A stretch of DNA of 64,000 nt from Paraspadella gotoi (GCA_051294375.1 CM119264.1:18422602-18486601); one strand, 5' to 3'. Counted from the first letter of the stretch, positions 1 through 13,886 are shown. A program made the numbers and translations. The notes: generated by a model from the sequence alone, not told the origin.

Positions 1-580
1 TTTCTCTCGGAGTCTCTCTCTCAACGCCCATCAGAGGGCAACTGATGTTAAACGAAGCAAAGAGGAAGATTGATTACAAATTATTACGAAAGAAGAGGAT
101 TAGAGAAAAGAGAAGAGTGAGGAGCCGGGAGGGACCGAGAGAGGGTGGTGAGGAGCCGGGAGGGAAGGGTGAGTTAAGGGTGATCAACGGGTAATGAGAA
201 AGGATGAAGAGCATGAAGAAGAAGATGGAAGAGTAGGACGAGGACTATCATTAAAGCTGCGAGAAGGAAATTAAAGCGAAGGAACAATTAGAAGAAGATT
301 TGAAATGCTATCCAGGAGGAAATGGCGACGAAGGAGGAGGAGGAGGAGGAGGAGGAGTAGGAGGAGAAGGTTCTTATGGGGGAATAAGAAGAGGGTCGGA
401 GTCACAAATTAAGCCCGTCACAATTCAGCTTAATTCGCGCTTGGTTTTTTCATCCGACTTTGCCGGAAACCAATCAAGATTTTAAAACGCTTTATAATCC
501 ACAGCATCAAACAGCAGATTCAACTGACAAAAATCCTCCCTAAATATTTTAACGATTCATATCTAAACGCGAAGGCTTAC

Positions 581-675
581 CCAACAATTCCAACCAAAAG
601 GTTCGTACTGTATGGACTCTCTCATGGTGCCGTAATAAAATCGACTGTCCATAAAATCCGCATCTGCTGCTTCGT
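581..675 (-). CDS. Candidate isolated internal exon of an unidentified gene
   Basis: Minus strand shows a pyrimidine-rich acceptor (tttttcttttcag) and a consensus donor (GTAAGC) bounding 95 nt. One frame reads EAADADFMDSRFYYGTMRESIQYEPFGWNCW. No family recognised. Confidence 0.4.
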
Positions 676-1485
676 CTGAAAAGAAAAAGTTGCAATTAAT
701 AGTATCATCCAATTTCAAGTTAATAGGATTACATATATTGTCGATCGTTTTCTTCAATTCCTACGTATTATATATTAGTTGGTAGTGAGTTGGTTAAAAC
801 AAGTTTATTTCTGATTAAATTATCTATTGTTTTTTTTTTTTTGCAAATGCGAAATGAAATTCAAATGAGACAAAAGTTATTTATGAAATTGTTTTAAATT
901 TCTCAAGACGAAATGTGATCGACTCACCCGACGCGGGTGTCTCGGCAACTTCGCGAATTGCGGTGAACATTTTTGAGAGGAGTTGTTGATGCAGCTGTTA
1001 ATTATTGACTAGAAGCGATTGCTAACATTCATAATTAGGCATGCATAAGTAAATGAAGAATATTCTTTGAGCGTTGGGTTCATTTTCCGTCGTTCGTTTT
1101 TTTTTTTTTTTTTTTTTGGTCTCGTGATGTTTCGGATGCGTAAATGAGAATGATGCATTCAACGTGACGCCTCCATTTTTCGATTGTTCATTCGTTGATC
1201 TTTTTTTTTTCCTTCAATTTTTGTTTGTTTGTACGATACGCTACACTTGTTAGTAGTTAAAACTAAGAAAGCGAGTGTTTTTCCTCTATATCGCATGCAC
1301 GTGCAACAACGGAGTAGTACTCATCAGTGTTTTTTGCATCATTCCCATTCACCAATCGATTGTTTTATTATTTTTCTCATCACGCGATATGGGATTCTTT
1401 TAATTTATTATTTATTTTTTGTTTTTATCCGATGTTGGAAAACGCAAACAAAAAGAGCGCGAAAAAGGAAAAAAAGTTACACCGA

Positions 1486-1597
<112 letters not shown>

Positions 1598-3432
1598 AGA
1601 CTATCGGAGAAATCCACTCTTCCCTTTTTTTTTCGCTTGATACAATTTTAACGCGCGGTTAATATGGTTTGACGAGCAAATACAGAAAAAACAAAGATGC
1701 TGTAGCGTTTCGATAATACACGTAGCATGCGAAGACAATGATGCGAGCAAAAGCCACTAATTTAAATAGGTTTTGGTTTGGCAGAGCAGCCAGCGGGGCT
1801 TCCCTTGTCTACCGAAGGAAACGAGCGAGAGAGAGAGAGAGAGAAGAGAGAGAGGAGAGAGAGAGAGAGAGAGAGAGATGAGAAGAGAGAGAGAGAATCA
1901 CTTGAGTTGACGAGCGGTTTGACTGCCAATGGACAAAGGGTTGCGAAAGCATAATTGCGTAAGCTTAACCGTCGGGCGGCGCGATGTATTTATTGCTTGC
2001 GTAGCGTTGAAATGTAGTTTGAAGGGAAGATACGATGCGTGTGACATTCGGGTGGCGCGTGGCGTTGTTTAAAGAATAAAGAGGATGTGATACTTAAGAA
2101 TAGTTGGTGTTTTGCGGGTATCGTAGATATTTAGCGCGAATTAAGGAAGAATAACAAACAATTGACGGAGACGAAGAGGGCGATTTTGCAGCAACAATAA
2201 ACTTATGGAGAACCAAAGATTTCATTGGGCGGTTTGGTAAATGACCTGTCACTGAGAGCAAGAGTTTAGAGTTAACTAACAACGAAAGCAATGTATCTGG
2301 AGAATAGTAGAACTGCTTAGATTTTGAGTTCCGGGAAAAAAAATACTATGCGATGTAAGTATGGAAAAAACATTAATGCCGTAATGCTGTAAAAATAGAG
2401 GGAGAACGAGGAATCAGTGAAAGGAAAGAATTGCTACGCAGCGAGAGGCGATGGGGAAAGATCGTGCGGTTGGATTTCAACGTCGCGAGCTCAAGAAATT
2501 GCGAGCACAAAGGATCCCGATCGATATTTTCTCCGCGTCATTGAAACTTGGAGACGCGAAATTGGACGGCAAATGGATGACTAATATCCCATTTCTTGCC
2601 TTTTCAAAATATTAAAATAGCTCCTCTTCTAATCCATTTGAGGCGGAATTATATGAATCCGTCTTTTATAATTTTTTCTTTAAAAAAAAAAAAAAAGAAA
2701 TGCGGTTTTCCTTCGCTGCCCGTCACGATTTCTCTTCGGGACTACGAAAAAATTATACGTGCGGTCGAAAGATCTAATGCCATTCACGAGTCAAAGAATC
2801 GCGATCTCGAGCGATTATACGTTGTTATTTGACGCGATAATAATTATCGTTAAATGCATTCGGTTATTATTTGATAAATAGATCGAGCTATTACCTTCCA
2901 ACTCGTTCATGACGAAACCCACACTACAGATATAATTATACGAGTTACGAGAGGAGAAGTTAATATTTCGTGGTTTAAGTCGTTGAAGTCTTTTCCGTTA
3001 AAGTCTCCTTTTTTGGGAAGTTAGTGTCTTCGTTATTTTGGAGGAAGTCGATGGGAGCGTGAGGAAGAGTGAGTCGAAGTTTAGAATGGGTGAGTCCGAT
3101 GTGAGAAAGAATGAGTCGCGGGTCGTTGTGGAAGACAGGAGTGACGAATACGAAGGATGAGGGAATCGAAGGTAAGTTGAACTGAAGAGGAAATGTTTGG
3201 AAACGAAACGAAAAAAAAAATATCCATTAAAGGAAACAAAAGGTGGGCGTGGCAAGGGAGGTTGACTTGGGAAGATGGAATTGTAGCCATATATATAAAC
3301 AAATAACAACGATGAATTTATTATATAACTGGATTTTTTTACGAACGAGCCCGCGATGGCGAGGCATGCACGTTTGTGCGATTCTAGTGAAGCGACGACC
3401 ACGTGGGCGGCGTCGATGAAAAGGGTGAGTTT

Positions 3433-3493
<61 letters not shown>

Positions 3494-4696
3494 TGCAGAT
3501 CGGTTGTTAATCGAGAGGCGATGGGGAATTTATATGGAGAGAAGTTAATTCATTCAACACGGGAGAGTAATAAAATCTTGGTTTGTTGTTTATTACAGAA
3601 AAAGAGATTGTTATTGCGTATTTTCAATTTTAATAACTTTTTTTTTATTGAGAAGGTCTATTTTTTTTATCGAATTTAATTGTGTTGAGCCGCTCGGTTT
3701 AAGTGCAGTTTTTTTGATGACTGTTCGACGAAAATTGCTTTGATGACTTTATTTTATTTTAAAACGGGTAAATACCGAAAAAACGGAGTGAGTTTGTTTA
3801 ATGATTATTCTTTTAATTTATTGATCGGTTGAATCCTTAGGTTTTTTGTTTCTTGGTTTTTTTTTATTATTTTTGTTCTTTTTTCTTTGTTTTCTTTTAT
3901 ATGTTTATTATTTTCTTTTTTAAGAATAAAAATACGATAGCTATTAGCAAAAAAGGTGCGAAAAAGGCGTAAAAACTGGACGAAACAAAAATCAAATTTG
4001 AGACTAGAAGTGATTTTGTGTGGTTAAATGTAGGACCAGCTAGGAAATTGTCAAGTTGCAAAAATACATAAAGGACCTGAAACAAAAAAAAAAAGATAAA
4101 TGACAATTTCTAATTAACTTATTTAAATTAATCTTTGAATCTTTGAATCAATCACTGAAATTCATTTCATTTCCATAATTTTTTTTCTTTTGTTTTTTGT
4201 TTTTAACAAAGAAATGGTAGCGACGACGAGAATCGAGAGGTTGAGGTCACGTGTTGTCGAGCGAGGTCGCGACTGGTCACGTGTTCGCTAGAAAAGTCGA
4301 ACGCTGCCGGGTCATGTCGCGCGTTTATGTCTTGGCCGTTGGGGGTCAGCTCGCCAGTTGCCGCTGTCATTTTGAGGAGAAGAGGAATGGCGCTCGTGGC
4401 GGCCAAGAGAATAAAACAGTCGTCGTCACTAGTCGTCGTCGTCGTCGTCGTCATCGAAACTGAAAAACGAAAAGGAATCGATGCTGAGGATTTTTGATGG
4501 AGATAATTGTGCCGCTGTGGAACAACAGCTAATCGAGGTTGATGTTGTAGTCGGGACTTCAATCTCATCCTCCTCTTTGTCCTTCCCTTTTCGTTCCGTG
4601 CGAATGCATAAATGGATGTCGGAAGAATATAAGGAACGACTGTGGAAAGAGAAAAAAGGGTCGGGTTCAGTTCGAGTAGTCAGTTAGAAAAAGGGT

Positions 4697-4751
<55 letters not shown>

Positions 4752-4806
4752 AAAAATAAAACGAGAAAATTAATAATATTAATAATAATAATAATAATAA
4801 TAATAA

Positions 4807-4816
4807 NNNNNNNNNN
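4807..4816. other. 10-N assembly gap inside an (AAT)n microsatellite
   Basis: N run seen directly. Confidence 0.99.
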
Positions 4817-4851
<35 letters not shown>

Positions 4852-5035
4852 AATGATCGTGCAAATATCCTCAAGCAATTATAATCTCAATTATTTTATC
4901 ACAAACTCTATGATCTGAAACTTAGATTACCTTTTTTTAAATAATTATCGATTTTTGAGTTTTCGAAAACGTTATCGTCTTCATAGTTGAGCGAAAATAA
5001 CAGAACATCAACCTCACCGTAAATAAAATCATATA

Positions 5036-5140
5036 ATTTTTTCGAGTCTTCATCAGCGCTGATAAAGACTCGAAAAAATAACCAAAAAAAACTAAAAAAC
5101 TAAAAAAATGTGTAAACAAATAAACTTTGTTTTCTCGTAA
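5036..5140. mobile_element. Penelope-like palindromic remnant with hammerhead-core motif
   Basis: Near-perfect palindrome tttcgagtcttcatcag-cg-ctgataaagactcgaaa (minus strand CTGATGAAGACTCGAAA), followed by tgtaaacaaataaactttgttttctc. That flank recurs at ~55225-55392 and ~57880-57910. Confidence 0.5.
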
Positions 5141-5507
5141 TTGCGTTGTGTTGGGGTTATAAATTAAAATTTGAAAAACAAGATTCTGAGAGCCTTTTAT
5201 CTGAAGTCCTCGTCCCATTTTTATTTTTTCATTTGATGATGTTTTCGGTGGCAAACGATCAGGTTTAAATGAATTGGTCCAGTTTTTATCGCGAAACAGA
5301 AATAAATACTTTTCCTTCATATCTTTTAAAGGAACTGGAGTAAAGGATACCAAAAAAATCCATAATCACTGGGCGCCTACTAGGTACGATTTTAAAATAT
5401 TTTTTGCTGAAACTTCTTTACTAGGTTTAAAAGTACCAGATTAAGTCAAACATTTTTTCCTAAGATTTCTCCACAACCTGAGGTCCGACACAAACAAAAC
5501 GTGAGAT

Positions 5508-5628
5508 TATGGCAACAGCCGGGTTACTTGCGATGCCCATTGGGATGGGGCATCCCACTATTAGCTTTGGGGGCTTCCGACCCTCAGTGACGCCTCCAGT
5601 CACTGTCGCGGTTACCTTAGGACGGTCT
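5508..5628 (+). repeat. Dispersed GC-rich structured repeat, copy 1
   Basis: Clearly homologous, in inverted orientation, to 56459-56579 (tatggcaacagccgg...gatgcccattgggatggg...ggcttccgaccc...cagtgacgcctcc.gtcactg.cgcggttacc.taggacggtct). Confidence 0.85.
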
Positions 5629-6810
5629 AGGACCGCCACAAGATTAACAATATTTACGTTATTCCACATCTACCGATATAAAAATATAAGACGAAAACGA
5701 CTGGCTTCTTTGGAGATAAAAGCCTCCTCCAGAGACCCTAATCAATTATGCGATAGAAGTAACCTAAATTTAAAAAGATTAGAATAAGAAGACAAAGGTC
5801 ATTTCATCTTTTAAAGCAGCCGTAAACTCAATGCAGATCTGAGATCACGCTTAACAGTAACGCGCGTTCACAAAGGCCGAAACAAAGGCTCCGTCAATTT
5901 GTCAATTTTAACAACAATCACGGGGACGATTTGTTCTGTGTGGATTGGAATCGCTCTGAATGTTCGCCCTTTCCATTCTCCTCATTCGCTGCTCGTCATC
6001 ACTCCCCTCGACGTAAACCTGTCCTCGCCTAATTAGGCGGAAAATCATAATTCACTCGGCGTCGGGAACGAAGCGATGAGCGTCTCTTGGCAACCCGCGC
6101 CACCGCCTGGCAACCACCGTTGCCTGACAACGCGCGAAGCCTGGCATCGAGCACCGACGTCACGCTCCGAAACTAAAGCAGTTTACGCCCCGCCGAATCT
6201 TTGCCACGGCGCCCGAGTGGCCCGTTTTTTTTTTTGTCACAGTGTCCAGTGTTCCACGGTGACCACTTGCCGCAAGAATCGTTGTCACGGAGATTTTTAA
6301 ACGAGTTTCCGGAGTGATTACTGATTACTGAATAAAAGACGACGACTTGTAGTTGGCGACCACTTGCCACGTCGACACCTTGCCACGGAGGAGTGTCTCG
6401 TCCCTCGGCGAAAAGGATGAAACGGGAGAGTGGGAAAATCGGCGCATCGTTGGCGAAAAAAACCGCGAGGACGACGACGAAAACGACGACGAAAACGACG
6501 ACGAGGAAGACGATGACTGTAACGACGACATTAAGACCTTTACGACGATAATAACGACGATGAAGACGAAGACGCAACTAGCGAGAGAAAAGAGACAAAA
6601 GATGGCTTAAATGTATTTGAGGAAAAAAAAAAACACGAAAATAACGATGACGAAATAAGAGGCAGCGGAGACGACGACCACGACAGAAACGACGCCCGGT
6701 GGAATACAGCAATACCGCAACAACCGATACCGTAACGACGTCAGTAAAACCGAGTAAAGCTAAGACGTCTAAGGAAGTAGTAGAGAGGAAAAGACGACGG
6801 CTTCGAAGGA

Positions 6811-6842
<32 letters not shown>

Positions 6843-8653
6843 AAATGACGAAGTAGATGACGACGACGATGACGCCAAACGACACGACGACATCGGCCAT
6901 CATTACCGGAGAGTTTATGGTCGTCTTGATTGCGACCGAAGCAAAAGCCAAATGGAATTTCGAGATGAAAGCGAAAAGGAAAGACGTGTTTTTTTTTTCG
7001 TGAGGGTGGACAAATTATTAGTTTAATATTGAAAAAAGAATTGTGGCAAAATGTTAAGAATAGAGGAATTAAATACGTATAGTATAGATCGAATTTAATT
7101 TTAGTTAGTCTGCGTTAACATTTCAAAAAACCGCACGACCACGTTTAAATGTTATAATAATTCACTGTGAATTTCTTTAAAACTCACAAATCATTATTAC
7201 ATAATGAATGAATTATTTTTATTTTTTTTAAATTTTAAACAAATATTCTATACTTAAGATTGGTTCTACCAATTTTATAAAAATGTTTCTCTTCCTTTCG
7301 CCCAAGGCCACATGCAAATATTCAATTTCGAGGAGGAAATCTATAATTTTTGTAAAGATTATGTAAATTTTTACATTTTTTATTTAGAAATATTCTGGCA
7401 AGTTACAAAATTACTCATTATTTTTTTTAAAAATCGTAAATTTTTTTATTATTCACTTCTCATCATCCACATTTAAAAAAGCCGAATTAAAAAAAAAAAA
7501 AAAAAACTCGAGAAAGTTTTTTTTTATTCTTGGCTAAAAACAATTTTTCTTGAGAATCATTTTCCGGTCTGAGACTGTGGCTTTTTTTAGTTTTTCTTTT
7601 CCTTTTCTCGTTCAACTTCTTTCCTTTTTTTCGGTTTTTCCCTTTTCTTTTTTTTACTTTTTTTCCCTATTTTCTGGGTTTTTATTCTTTTTTCTCTTTT
7701 TTTATATCCTTTTTTTCTACGCATTTCAATTTCCATTTCTTGTCGCTCAAGGGGAAACGCGATTTCGGTTGCGCCTTCCAAAATCGTACTCACCCGAAGC
7801 CTAGCTCAACCAAACTCACCCAATTCTTTTACAAACTGGTACTCACTCGGAGACTCGCTCACCCAAAGTCACCCGAATCCTTTCAACCCTCACACCATTC
7901 TCAAAAGTAATTCTTCTGCCTTACTTAATATTGTATACCGTATCTGTTACTCTGTTTGCCCTTTTGTATGTGCTGTTTCAACTAATTGTTGTCAACGAAT
8001 AAAACACTTATAACACTTATTAAAGTGGAACAGGTTCAAACTAGTATTTTTCTTTTATTGCTAATGTTAAAGTCATTTTAAATAATTTGAAAAAAAATGC
8101 AGATTTAAGCTTTCTATCGTAGATATTAAAGAACGCAGAGACTTATAATTTTTTTTTATTCTGAAAGAATACAGCTGAAACATTAAATAAAAGATAAAAT
8201 TATATATTTTTTAAAAAATAAGAATTTTTTATTTCTGACCTACTTATCATCAAAATTTTCAAGCCCTACTATATAACTTTTGTTTACCTTTTTTAACTCT
8301 TAGAATCCGGTCTTAAAAACTAAAAAATTATAAAACATTAAAATTATTCAGTTTGTTATTATTATTATTTTTAAAGTAGGACAAAAGAATAAACTATGAA
8401 AGTTCTAAATTATGGCCCACCCTAATACTCATCTTATATGTCTTTCTACGACATCAATCCTTGCTTAAATTTTTTTTTAAATGTCATTCATTTTGTTTTA
8501 GTCGTATATTACGTATAATTTACACGTATTATATACACTTAATGTTTAAAAAAAAAAATTAAATTTTGTCGAACAGAAATAAAAGAATTGTTTGTTTCAG
8601 AGTCATGATTTTGGCAGAAGATTTAGTAGTTAATAGTTTGGTAGTTAATAGTT

Positions 8654-8760
8654 TGATATTTATTTTTAAATAAGCACTGATCTTCAGAGACTTCTGGAGG
8701 TGCACCTTTGAGGGAGACAGAAGTCTCTGAAGATCAGTGCTTATTTAAAAATAAATATCA
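8654..8760. repeat. Perfect 43-bp inverted repeat with 21-nt loop
   Basis: 8654-8696 (tgatatttatttttaaataagcactgatcttcagagacttctg) is the exact reverse complement of 8718-8760. Confidence 0.95.
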
Positions 8761-10503
8761 TGTTACCTCCAGAAATAATTTGTTTTCCTTATATTATTGG
8801 CATGTTACTGAGAAATAAAAGAAATCTGCGGAGCGTTGAAATGTATCAATTGATTCAGGCTAACAAATGAAGAAAAAACAATGTCGGAAAAAAATTGCAT
8901 ATTTCACATTAGATATTTTTTTCATCGGTGTCAAGTTGTGGCGTCGTCTTCGCAACAAGAGGTCACCATCCATCATTTTCTTTTCTGGAAATTTCCGACG
9001 GTCTTTGTCCCGATTTTCATGCGGATTTTTTTTTCAGGGGCAAGTTTTCAGTAGTTTTTGGTTTTCATGGTTTTCATGGTTTTCATGGTTTCTGTTCGGT
9101 TTAATGTTCTCTTTAATGATGGTAGTATTTTTATTTTATACTTGTCATTAAACTTTATCACGATAAAATTTCGTTTATTTTCCATAACCGGTGAATAAAG
9201 ATTTCGAGATGATAAAAGCTACTAGTGGTACAAGTCAAAACTACTTACAAAGAAGTTCAAATATTTTTTGTTCCGTTTTTGTTTGTTTTTTTGTTTGTTT
9301 TTTTTTATGTAATTTTTATAAAGTGTTCGCTCCTGGCGCCGGAAGAAAAGATTGCGTACGAATTGCTTGTTTCTCTCCAACCTCTGCTCCCTTGAAATTC
9401 TCTTTCTCACTCTCTCTCCCTAATCACAGCATTTCCATCGACTTCACGTCACAACTTTCCCCACAATCGCTTACGTCATCGTCGCCATATTCAAAATCGT
9501 AACCCCTTTCTCTTTCACCTCTTCCCGCATCCAAAAACCCCTTCGTTACTTCTTTCCAGAGAGAAAGTCCCTTCCCGCCGGCGCTGGCAGCTGCCGACGG
9601 CTCTGCGAAACCCCTTTCCCAAAATTCTCTGCTAAATTCTCATTTGACGTCTGCACCATACGACGGCAACAGCCAACTCTCACAGGAAAAAAACTTTCAC
9701 GAAAAAAGGAACCATTTTTTTCCCAGTTTTTAATATAGTTCCTTCTTCCCTTTTTCACCTTTTACTTTTTTAGAAATTATAGAAGGTCTCTCTTTTCCTT
9801 TTATTCATTTTTGAAATCCATAAGAAAATACATCTTTCTTGGCTGATCGTGACTACGAAAATACATGGGAGGGACGATCAACATACATTTCATTATGAGA
9901 ACAATATTCTTCTGATTCTAAGGGTTGACTAATATTTTACAGGAGAGGGAATTCGTCTTTTTTGTGGTGATTTTCACGTAAAACTTCTTGCTTTGCGTTT
10001 TTGCCGCACATCCCCGGCCATTGCTCTTGTACGAACGAATGGGTAACAACTCACAGCGAGTCAAACTGTTAAGCACGGTTTGTATGGGAAGCGCGACCAA
10101 AGTTCTAAGACTAAGTTTATCGAAATTTATACTTCATGTTTCATTAAAAAAAATTTTAATATATTTTTTTCTTTGGTTTCGTGATACTACCTTATATTGA
10201 AAAGTATGTTTGTAAATGTTGGTGTATAGTTTCCCAAAAATACAGCAAATCAGCCGACCGACGTACAAGACTTCACCGATGGATGACGACGACGACGAAA
10301 ATTACGACGATTTTCACGACGACACAACGAGGACATATTGGAAAGCCATGACGAAAACGTGGATGACGACGACGGAAACGACGACGTGGGAAACGACGAC
10401 GACGAAAACGACGACGGAGCGCGTAGCAGAAAAAACCTTGACCTAAACTGGGAGCCAGTTTCAGGCTCAATCAAGAATTTGACCTTTTCCATCAACAGGC
10501 AAA

Positions 10504-10603
<100 letters not shown>

Positions 10604-11373
10604 TTATTCAAGGAACATTATAAATACAAAGGGGTCATTCTATGCGTCTCCGGAGGCGTAATTTACTTAACGAGATACGGAATTACCTTCGTCGCATTAA
10701 GACATCTCGAGAAGAAGAAAAAAAATCCCTTGGGTTATTGAATCGAGGAAAAAAGGAACGAGGATCACAAGAGTGAAATTGTGTGCTTTTCTTTTAAGGT
10801 AAACACACGAAAATTTATTGAACATAATAAATAATATGTCCCTAACGTGCGTAATCTTACAAAGGAGTTTCTTTGAGGAACGGAACGAGGAAAAATAAAG
10901 GCATGTATGAAAAGAAGTCATCAAGAAAGCAACATTGTAGTTTTGCGTCTTTAATCATTTTCTCAGCTTTCTCCTTTTTTCCTTTTTCGTAGTGAATGAG
11001 ATTAACGTCGCGGCGATGATTCTCCCTAGATTGCCGAGATGAGGTGAAAAGAAATTGAGGAAGGAAAGGTAAGTAAGGTAAGAGAGTTGAGGTGAATGAG
11101 GCTTTACGAGACTCGACGGAAAAGATCTAGTTCAGAGGTTAAACGAAAAACTTATATTTTAGCGAATATTAGTTATAAATCAATATCAGGCTGCGATACA
11201 AGACATTTTCATAGTCAATAAATCTTGGAAGGAATAGAAGCAACACTTTTCTTTTTTGGCAAAAAAGAAACAAAATAAAAAAATAACCCGAAAATTAATT
11301 TTCCTTCTCAAAGATCACGGCAGGGGAGATGTGATTCGCGCCTCTTTTTCGTTCTCTTCCTCTCAATTGCCTT

Positions 11374-11413
<40 letters not shown>

Positions 11414-13825
11414 CTCTCTCTCTCCTCTCTCTCGTCTCTCTCTCTCTCTCTCTCTCTTCTCTCTTCTCTCTCTCTCTCTCTTCTCTTCTCTCTCTCTCTC
11501 CTCTCTTTTTTTCATGCTACGTGAGATATAACTGAAAAACCATACAAATTCCAAGGAGAGCAATCGGGAGAGAAATGTGATTTTCTGCGGACAGCAGCTG
11601 ATAACTGAGATGCGGAATGAAAAAGGAGAAAAGAAGGAAGGAAAGAATTCCGGTGATTCTGCGAGAGGAATTCTTTCATTTCGCCTTCATTTCCTTCATT
11701 GTCGTTCCCCTCCCTTCAAACGCCTTTCTCTCTTCCTCTTTTCTATATTCCTTTATATTTTCTCCAAATTCCTTTCTCTTCTCGTCTCCCCAATTCTTTC
11801 CTCACCTTATCGCCTCCGATGCCAGTCAAACGAGGCGCCAGTCGCGAGACAGCCTTTGTCCCCCCCCACACAGAAAAAAAAACTTATCTGTTTTGACGTT
11901 TCCCATTTTTTTCCGAGGGGAACGCCGGTCGCCGCTTGCCGCTCGAGTCAGCCGGCGCTGACGAACAGCGGCTTTGACAATCTACCGCTGGCGCCGACAA
12001 AGAGTCACGGGAATTGACAAGTTTTTCCTGAAATTAGGTCATGACGCTGGAGCTGACAAACAGGCGATTAGTGTTACCAGTGTTACATGTCACCAACAAC
12101 ATGATTGTCTTGCCATCGACAATGTGGACAAAGTGGCCATAAGAGACGGCACTAGCTAGAGGACAGCAGTTTGCAAAATAAGGCGCTGATGTCGACAAGC
12201 GACGCCAACGTACTTCTTTAACGTTCAGTACACCCGAAATTGTCCGATGACCCCGTAACCGTCTCTCGCCGGTGAAGACTGACCCCTGACCCAAGAGTTG
12301 ACTCGTCTTTGTAGTCTTTGTTGAAATAAGAAATTCCAACGATCGGCAAGGGGAAGGAATGTTAACCATCAAACATCGGGAAAAAAAAGCTTTTGGTTTG
12401 TGATTCGTGCAATTCTGTAAAAATGTTATTTTCCATAATTTAATAATAAAAGAATCGTACCATCACAGATGAACAAAAATATAGCGGAAAAACAAAGAGT
12501 GCTATTAGCAATATTGTTGTCATCGTCGTCATCGTCATGGCCTTCGCCGATTACGATAGACTGCTGACGCGTCAGCTGCGTCAGAGGCAGCTTCAGTAGC
12601 AACACCCCGCGTCTCAAACGCCATTAAAGCCATCATCATCTTTTCGGCGATAAAATCTGGAGCGAGGACCGAGATAAAGGCGAAACTCCGTCTTCCGGTG
12701 GAAGGAAGAAACGGAGGAAGAAAAGAAAGAAGGAAAAAGGAAAACGTCAGGAAAGAAAATCACAAGATGGCAGAAAAAAGAAGAAGTATAGGAGACTTTA
12801 TCTATATCACATACATATACATATCATATATCTTATGCGAAGTATACACAATTTTAATTAAAAAACTATCTTTTTAACGCCATAAAAAAATTTCAGTTTG
12901 AATCTTAGAGTAATAAAAAATTGGGTATGAATTAAATGCAATAAGCTGGCCAGAATAAAAAAAAATGTGGAGAAAGTGTTCATGAATATGAAGAGGAAAA
13001 GCGAGAAGGAAGATTGAGGGACGAAGGCATCGGGTCAGCGACCGCCCTAAAAAAGCCAGGGAGTCAAGGAGATGCCGTTCGATGAGGCGATGAAAGATGA
13101 TTACGGAGAAGGGAAGAGAAAGTTCGCGCGTGATTCGTGGACGGAATGTGAACGGAATGTGAGGAGAAAAGATTCTGACCATCCTAAAACGAAGGAGGGT
13201 GAAACTTTATCTTTTGAACTTTTAATGCCAATTGGAAATGGCAGAAGAAGAAGGAGAAGAAGAAGAAGAAGAAGAAGAAGGAAAAGGAGAAGAAGAAGAA
13301 CAACAACAACCACAACCAACCGTGTTGGCTTTAAGGTGGTCGTGCTCCTTTGGGAAACGGAATACATGAACCGTAAAAAAATCGACTTTCCTCCTTTTTT
13401 TTCCGGAGCTCCAGAAAAAAATGAGGCCGAAAACTAAAAAAATGTACGATAAAAAGGTAAAATATTAAAAAGAATAAAGAACAAACAACTAACGAAGTCA
13501 TTTCAATTGAATGTAGGGAATTATAATTTTAGATTATAAGTCAATTTTCATCGTTTTGAATAAAGTTTATAATAGAGACAAAAGAAAAGAGAGCAGTTGG
13601 CTTTTGTAGTAGAGACGAGAGAATGTAATTAGTCTCGATCAAATTTTCCGCATTTGTTCGGCGTCCAGTGTTCATTCTTTCTCTGATCAACATACCCTTA
13701 GGCTTCCCAAACTTAAGAGTTCTCTCTATGGTATAACACTCTCGCGACAGCAGATTGAGAGAGAAATCGCCCTGATTTTCGCCGCTGGCTGTCGTCGCAA
13801 ATGCCGGCTCGTTAGCGATCAAAGT

Positions 13826-13886
<61 letters not shown>

